Below, one piece after another: positions 23,639 to 26,238 of a stretch of 26,238 bases of DNA. A model generated the notes under the pieces. The model was not told where the DNA came from. It saw only the letters and a list, made by a program, of their open reading frames with translations, and ran no database searches. Position numbers and translations under genes: made by a program. Source of the DNA: a virus (lineage: Duplodnaviria > Caudoviricetes); the IMG/VR virus record IMGVR_UViG_3300012952_000115, positions 1 to 26,238 of that record. The stretch is one strand, 5' to 3'. The first letter of the stretch is position 1. Every line of letters begins with the position of its first letter.

Positions 23639-26238
23639 ATGTCTGATTTTCATAAAAAGTGGAAGGAGTTTCTGGCCGAAGGTCGCCGGAAAAAGGGCGC
23701 CGCTGTACAGTGGCCACCACAAGAGTTGGTAGATCAAAATCTCCTTTCCCAACACCCAGAAGGGGAGCCCGAAACTCTCGAAAGCGCAGAAAGCGATATT
23801 GAGCCTGAACATCGCTCGGCATATAAAGATTTGCCATGGCTTCTACGGCGCAAGGTCGACCGTGAAATGGATAAATATAGAGCCTCGTATGCCCTAGATC
23901 CAGATGGAGATTTTGCACGCCATGGCGCCGGCGCACAAGTACACATACAGGATCTGGTTGATAGAGAGGGAATGTCAGAAGAGGAGGCAACAGAGCGCTA
24001 TAGGGAAGATATTTTTCCCGGCTTAGAGGTAGCTTTTGAAGATGAGCCACACTGGATGCCGAACAAAAAAGACCATCCGCATGACCCGATGGCTCGCTTG
24101 AATGCACCAGCACACTACAGTCCAGGCACGAAAACAGCGCACATTGGCCGTCCCGGGAATCCAACGATGATCGATGCCTATGGCCCTAGTTATGGCTATC
24201 TTTTGAATCATGAGTTGGGACATGCGCTAGATTTCGAATTTGGACCGCGAGATCCCCACCAGTCGCGCAGCCAAAGCCACAGGCAAAAAGACAAGTTTGA
24301 TTTAGCTTTTCCAGAATATCCTGCTCGCGAGCGTTCCGAGATATATAGCGATCTAATAGGCTTAAGGGCAGAGCTAAATGATATGTGGAAAAAGGGCAGA
24401 AGAAAAACTCCTCACCTTACCACTATGGATTTGAAAATGATCGAGAAAGGGTTTTCGCCAGCCAATATGCGCGGTCCGCTAAGAGCCGTGCACGGTTTCC
24501 TGTTCGGCTCTCCGGGCTCTTACAGGCTGCCTGAAATGTTAAAAGACTTCAGGAACTCTGATTTATCTGATCAGGAGATTGTCGATATTTTAAACTCAAT
24601 CGCCCTGTCAACGCCAGAAGAGCCGGCCACTCCATCGCCGACGACTTCTCAGACCAGATTTGCGGAGTCGCAAAATAAAGGTTTCCACGACAAGTGGCGC
24701 CAGTTCCTAAGAGAAGAAGAGGAGTTTCAAAAGAATGTAGTCCGTCCGCGACTTAAGCGAAACCGTTCTGCCTTAATAGACTCAGGCCCCCACGATCACA
24801 ATGGCGGGGGCTCTTCTGGTGACAAGCCTAGGCCTCGCGGTGATTTACCACACGATGCAGGCCCGCTAAAAGAAAACCTGCAGCCACGCTTACTGCGTGA
24901 GATATCTGAAGACGAAGTTGAGCATATCCGCACCGCCATTGATGAAATGGGTCCGGAAGACCTCGCCTTCAACGATGCATTCCAAGGCGATGTCCGCAAG
25001 GTTATTAACTTCCCAACTCTGGATCAGGGTTCCGAGCTTGGGGAGTTTTTAATAACCTTTGATAATCTGGACTATCAAGTTGATTGGGAAAAGGGAATTC
25101 TTTCGGGAGTGAAAGAGTTAAAAGACGGCAGCACTGAAGCACTCGCCGCCTCGCTTATGGGCCGACCGGTATCGTCCAAAAAACGCAAAATCCAAATGAA
25201 AGTCGGCAAGTTTTTGGCAAAGCTTTATGATTTAGCGACTAAAAAGAAGGCCCTGTTTGACAAGATTGCTACGCACATCGGAAAGTCCGACTTTCCGCCA
25301 CGCCCGGGGAGAGTAACCGGCAATCAGGTCGAAGCGGCGCTTGATGAGCAAGAATCAAAAAGATATCAGCAAATCACCGATCACCTAGACATGTACGCGG
25401 GCGACTACGCCAGTACAATAGTGGAGAATCCCGAGCTAATCAAAAAAATGGCTCAGTACTGGCAACAGAACGCAGACTACATCAAAAAGAACCTGAAAGA
25501 CGCAGAGACGAGCCAGTACTCTATTATTATCTCGCGAGATCCCATTGACATTCTCCGCATGAGCGACTTTAACAAGATTACATCTTGTCATAGCCCTCCA
25601 TCTAGAACAGGCGGAGAGAGTTATTACAAATGCGCAGTTGTGGAAGCTCACGGACACGGAGCGGTCGCGTATGTCGTTGACACCAAAGAATTGTTCCAAG
25701 GAACGGATACAGACAATATTGAAGATGCGCAAATTGCTATCAATGATGCTCAAGAAATTTTCTACGACGACACAAGGGGCAGTCATGTTGGTATCATCGA
25801 GCCAATTTCCAGAACACGCCTCAGAAAATTCATTTATGACACTGTTGATTCAGACGGTGGCGATGTCGGTACGCAGTTAGCAGTACCTGAGAAGCGTGTC
25901 TACGGAAAGCAGATTCCCGGCTTCGTAAACCGCGTAGTTCAATGGGCAAGAGAGAACCAACAAGAGGCCCTTGATAACATGCCGGTCGATGCATACGGAG
26001 ACGGTATTGATTTAAACAAGTTTGAGCTTGTGGGTGCTTCTTACGAAGATACCGCTGGTCACTCCGGCCGCCGTGCCTTAATGGTGCAGTTAACTGGTCG
26101 ACCAAATGAAGACTTTGATGGACAGGTCGGTCAGGACGCAACTGCAGAGGATGAGATAGATCTTTCTATGCTCAACGCCGGCCAAATTGAAGATGCACAA
26201 AGGCGCGCCGACGAGATAGCTGAAGAATGGAACCGTCG
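23639..26238 (+). CDS. large multi-domain protein (partial, >866 aa) with HExxH metallopeptidase; putative head-packaged polyprotein
   Basis: Manual translation from ATG 23639 (MSDFHKKWKEFLAEG...) has no stop before the window end, so it is absent from the ORF track. LNHELGHALD with HELGH at 24209-24223; second FHDKWRQFLRE at 24683-24715. Confidence 0.88.
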   Translation, partial: MSDFHKKWKEFLAEGRRKKGAAVQWPPQELVDQNLLSQHPEGEPETLESAESDIEPEHRSAYKDLPWLLRRKVDREMDKYRASYALDPDGDFARHGAGAQVHIQDLVDREGMSEEEATERYREDIFPGLEVAFEDEPHWMPNKKDHPHDPMARLNAPAHYSPGTKTAHIGRPGNPTMIDAYGPSYGYLLNHELGHALDFEFGPRDPHQSRSQSHRQKDKFDLAFPEYPARERSEIYSDLIGLRAELNDMWKKGRRKTPHLTTMDLKMIEKGFSPANMRGPLRAVHGFLFGSPGSYRLPEMLKDFRNSDLSDQEIVDILNSIALSTPEEPATPSPTTSQTRFAESQNKGFHDKWRQFLREEEEFQKNVVRPRLKRNRSALIDSGPHDHNGGGSSGDKPRPRGDLPHDAGPLKENLQPRLLREISEDEVEHIRTAIDEMGPEDLAFNDAFQGDVRKVINFPTLDQGSELGEFLITFDNLDYQVDWEKGILSGVKELKDGSTEALAASLMGRPVSSKKRKIQMKVGKFLAKLYDLATKKKALFDKIATHIGKSDFPPRPGRVTGNQVEAALDEQESKRYQQITDHLDMYAGDYASTIVENPELIKKMAQYWQQNADYIKKNLKDAETSQYSIIISRDPIDILRMSDFNKITSCHSPPSRTGGESYYKCAVVEAHGHGAVAYVVDTKELFQGTDTDNIEDAQIAINDAQEIFYDDTRGSHVGIIEPISRTRLRKFIYDTVDSDGGDVGTQLAVPEKRVYGKQIPGFVNRVVQWARENQQEALDNMPVDAYGDGIDLNKFELVGASYEDTAGHSGRRALMVQLTGRPNEDFDGQVGQDATAEDEIDLSMLNAGQIEDAQRRADEIAEEWNR

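Noticed and set aside
23625-26141. Minus-strand and short ORFs listed in the track here (e.g. 179 aa at 23625..24164)
   Set aside because: They are antisense or out-of-frame shadows of the uninterrupted + strand ORF starting at 23639.
1-26238. Stop-codon reassignment as in some large phages
   Set aside because: Coding density is high in the standard code, and TAA, TAG (126, 7192, 19680) and TGA (6571, 9560, 17591) all end genes at natural C-termini.
1-26238. CRISPR array, tRNA, rRNA, IS element or DGR repeats
   Set aside because: Intergenic gaps are all short (about 130 nt or less). I saw no direct-repeat array, cloverleaf, transposase or reverse transcriptase; a computational scan would be needed to exclude subtle cases.

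Overview
A 26 kb segment of a large, distantly T4-like myovirus (contractile-tailed phage), read in the standard genetic code, with every supportable gene on the + strand. 1-16389 is a late virion module: neck (gp13/gp14-like), tail terminator, 1095-aa sheath, tube, a tail-assembly-chaperone pair with a probable frameshift, tape measure, two paralogous tube-initiator-like proteins (one apparently circularly permuted), a LysM/gp53-like wedge protein, a large baseplate hub and a degenerate M15-peptidase-like protein. 16398-23624 is a sigma70-promoter-driven DNA metabolism block: a miniature family-A polymerase coupled to a degenerate tubulin/FtsZ-like gene, a gp32-like SSB, RecA/UvsX, UvsE UV endonuclease and a 5'-3' exonuclease. 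From 23639 to the window end an ORF missing from the supplied track (>866 codons, no stop) encodes a multi-module protein with a repeated FHxKWxxFLxE motif and an HExxH metallopeptidase, possibly a head-packaged, protease-processed polyprotein. All calls come from motif recognition by eye; no searches were run.
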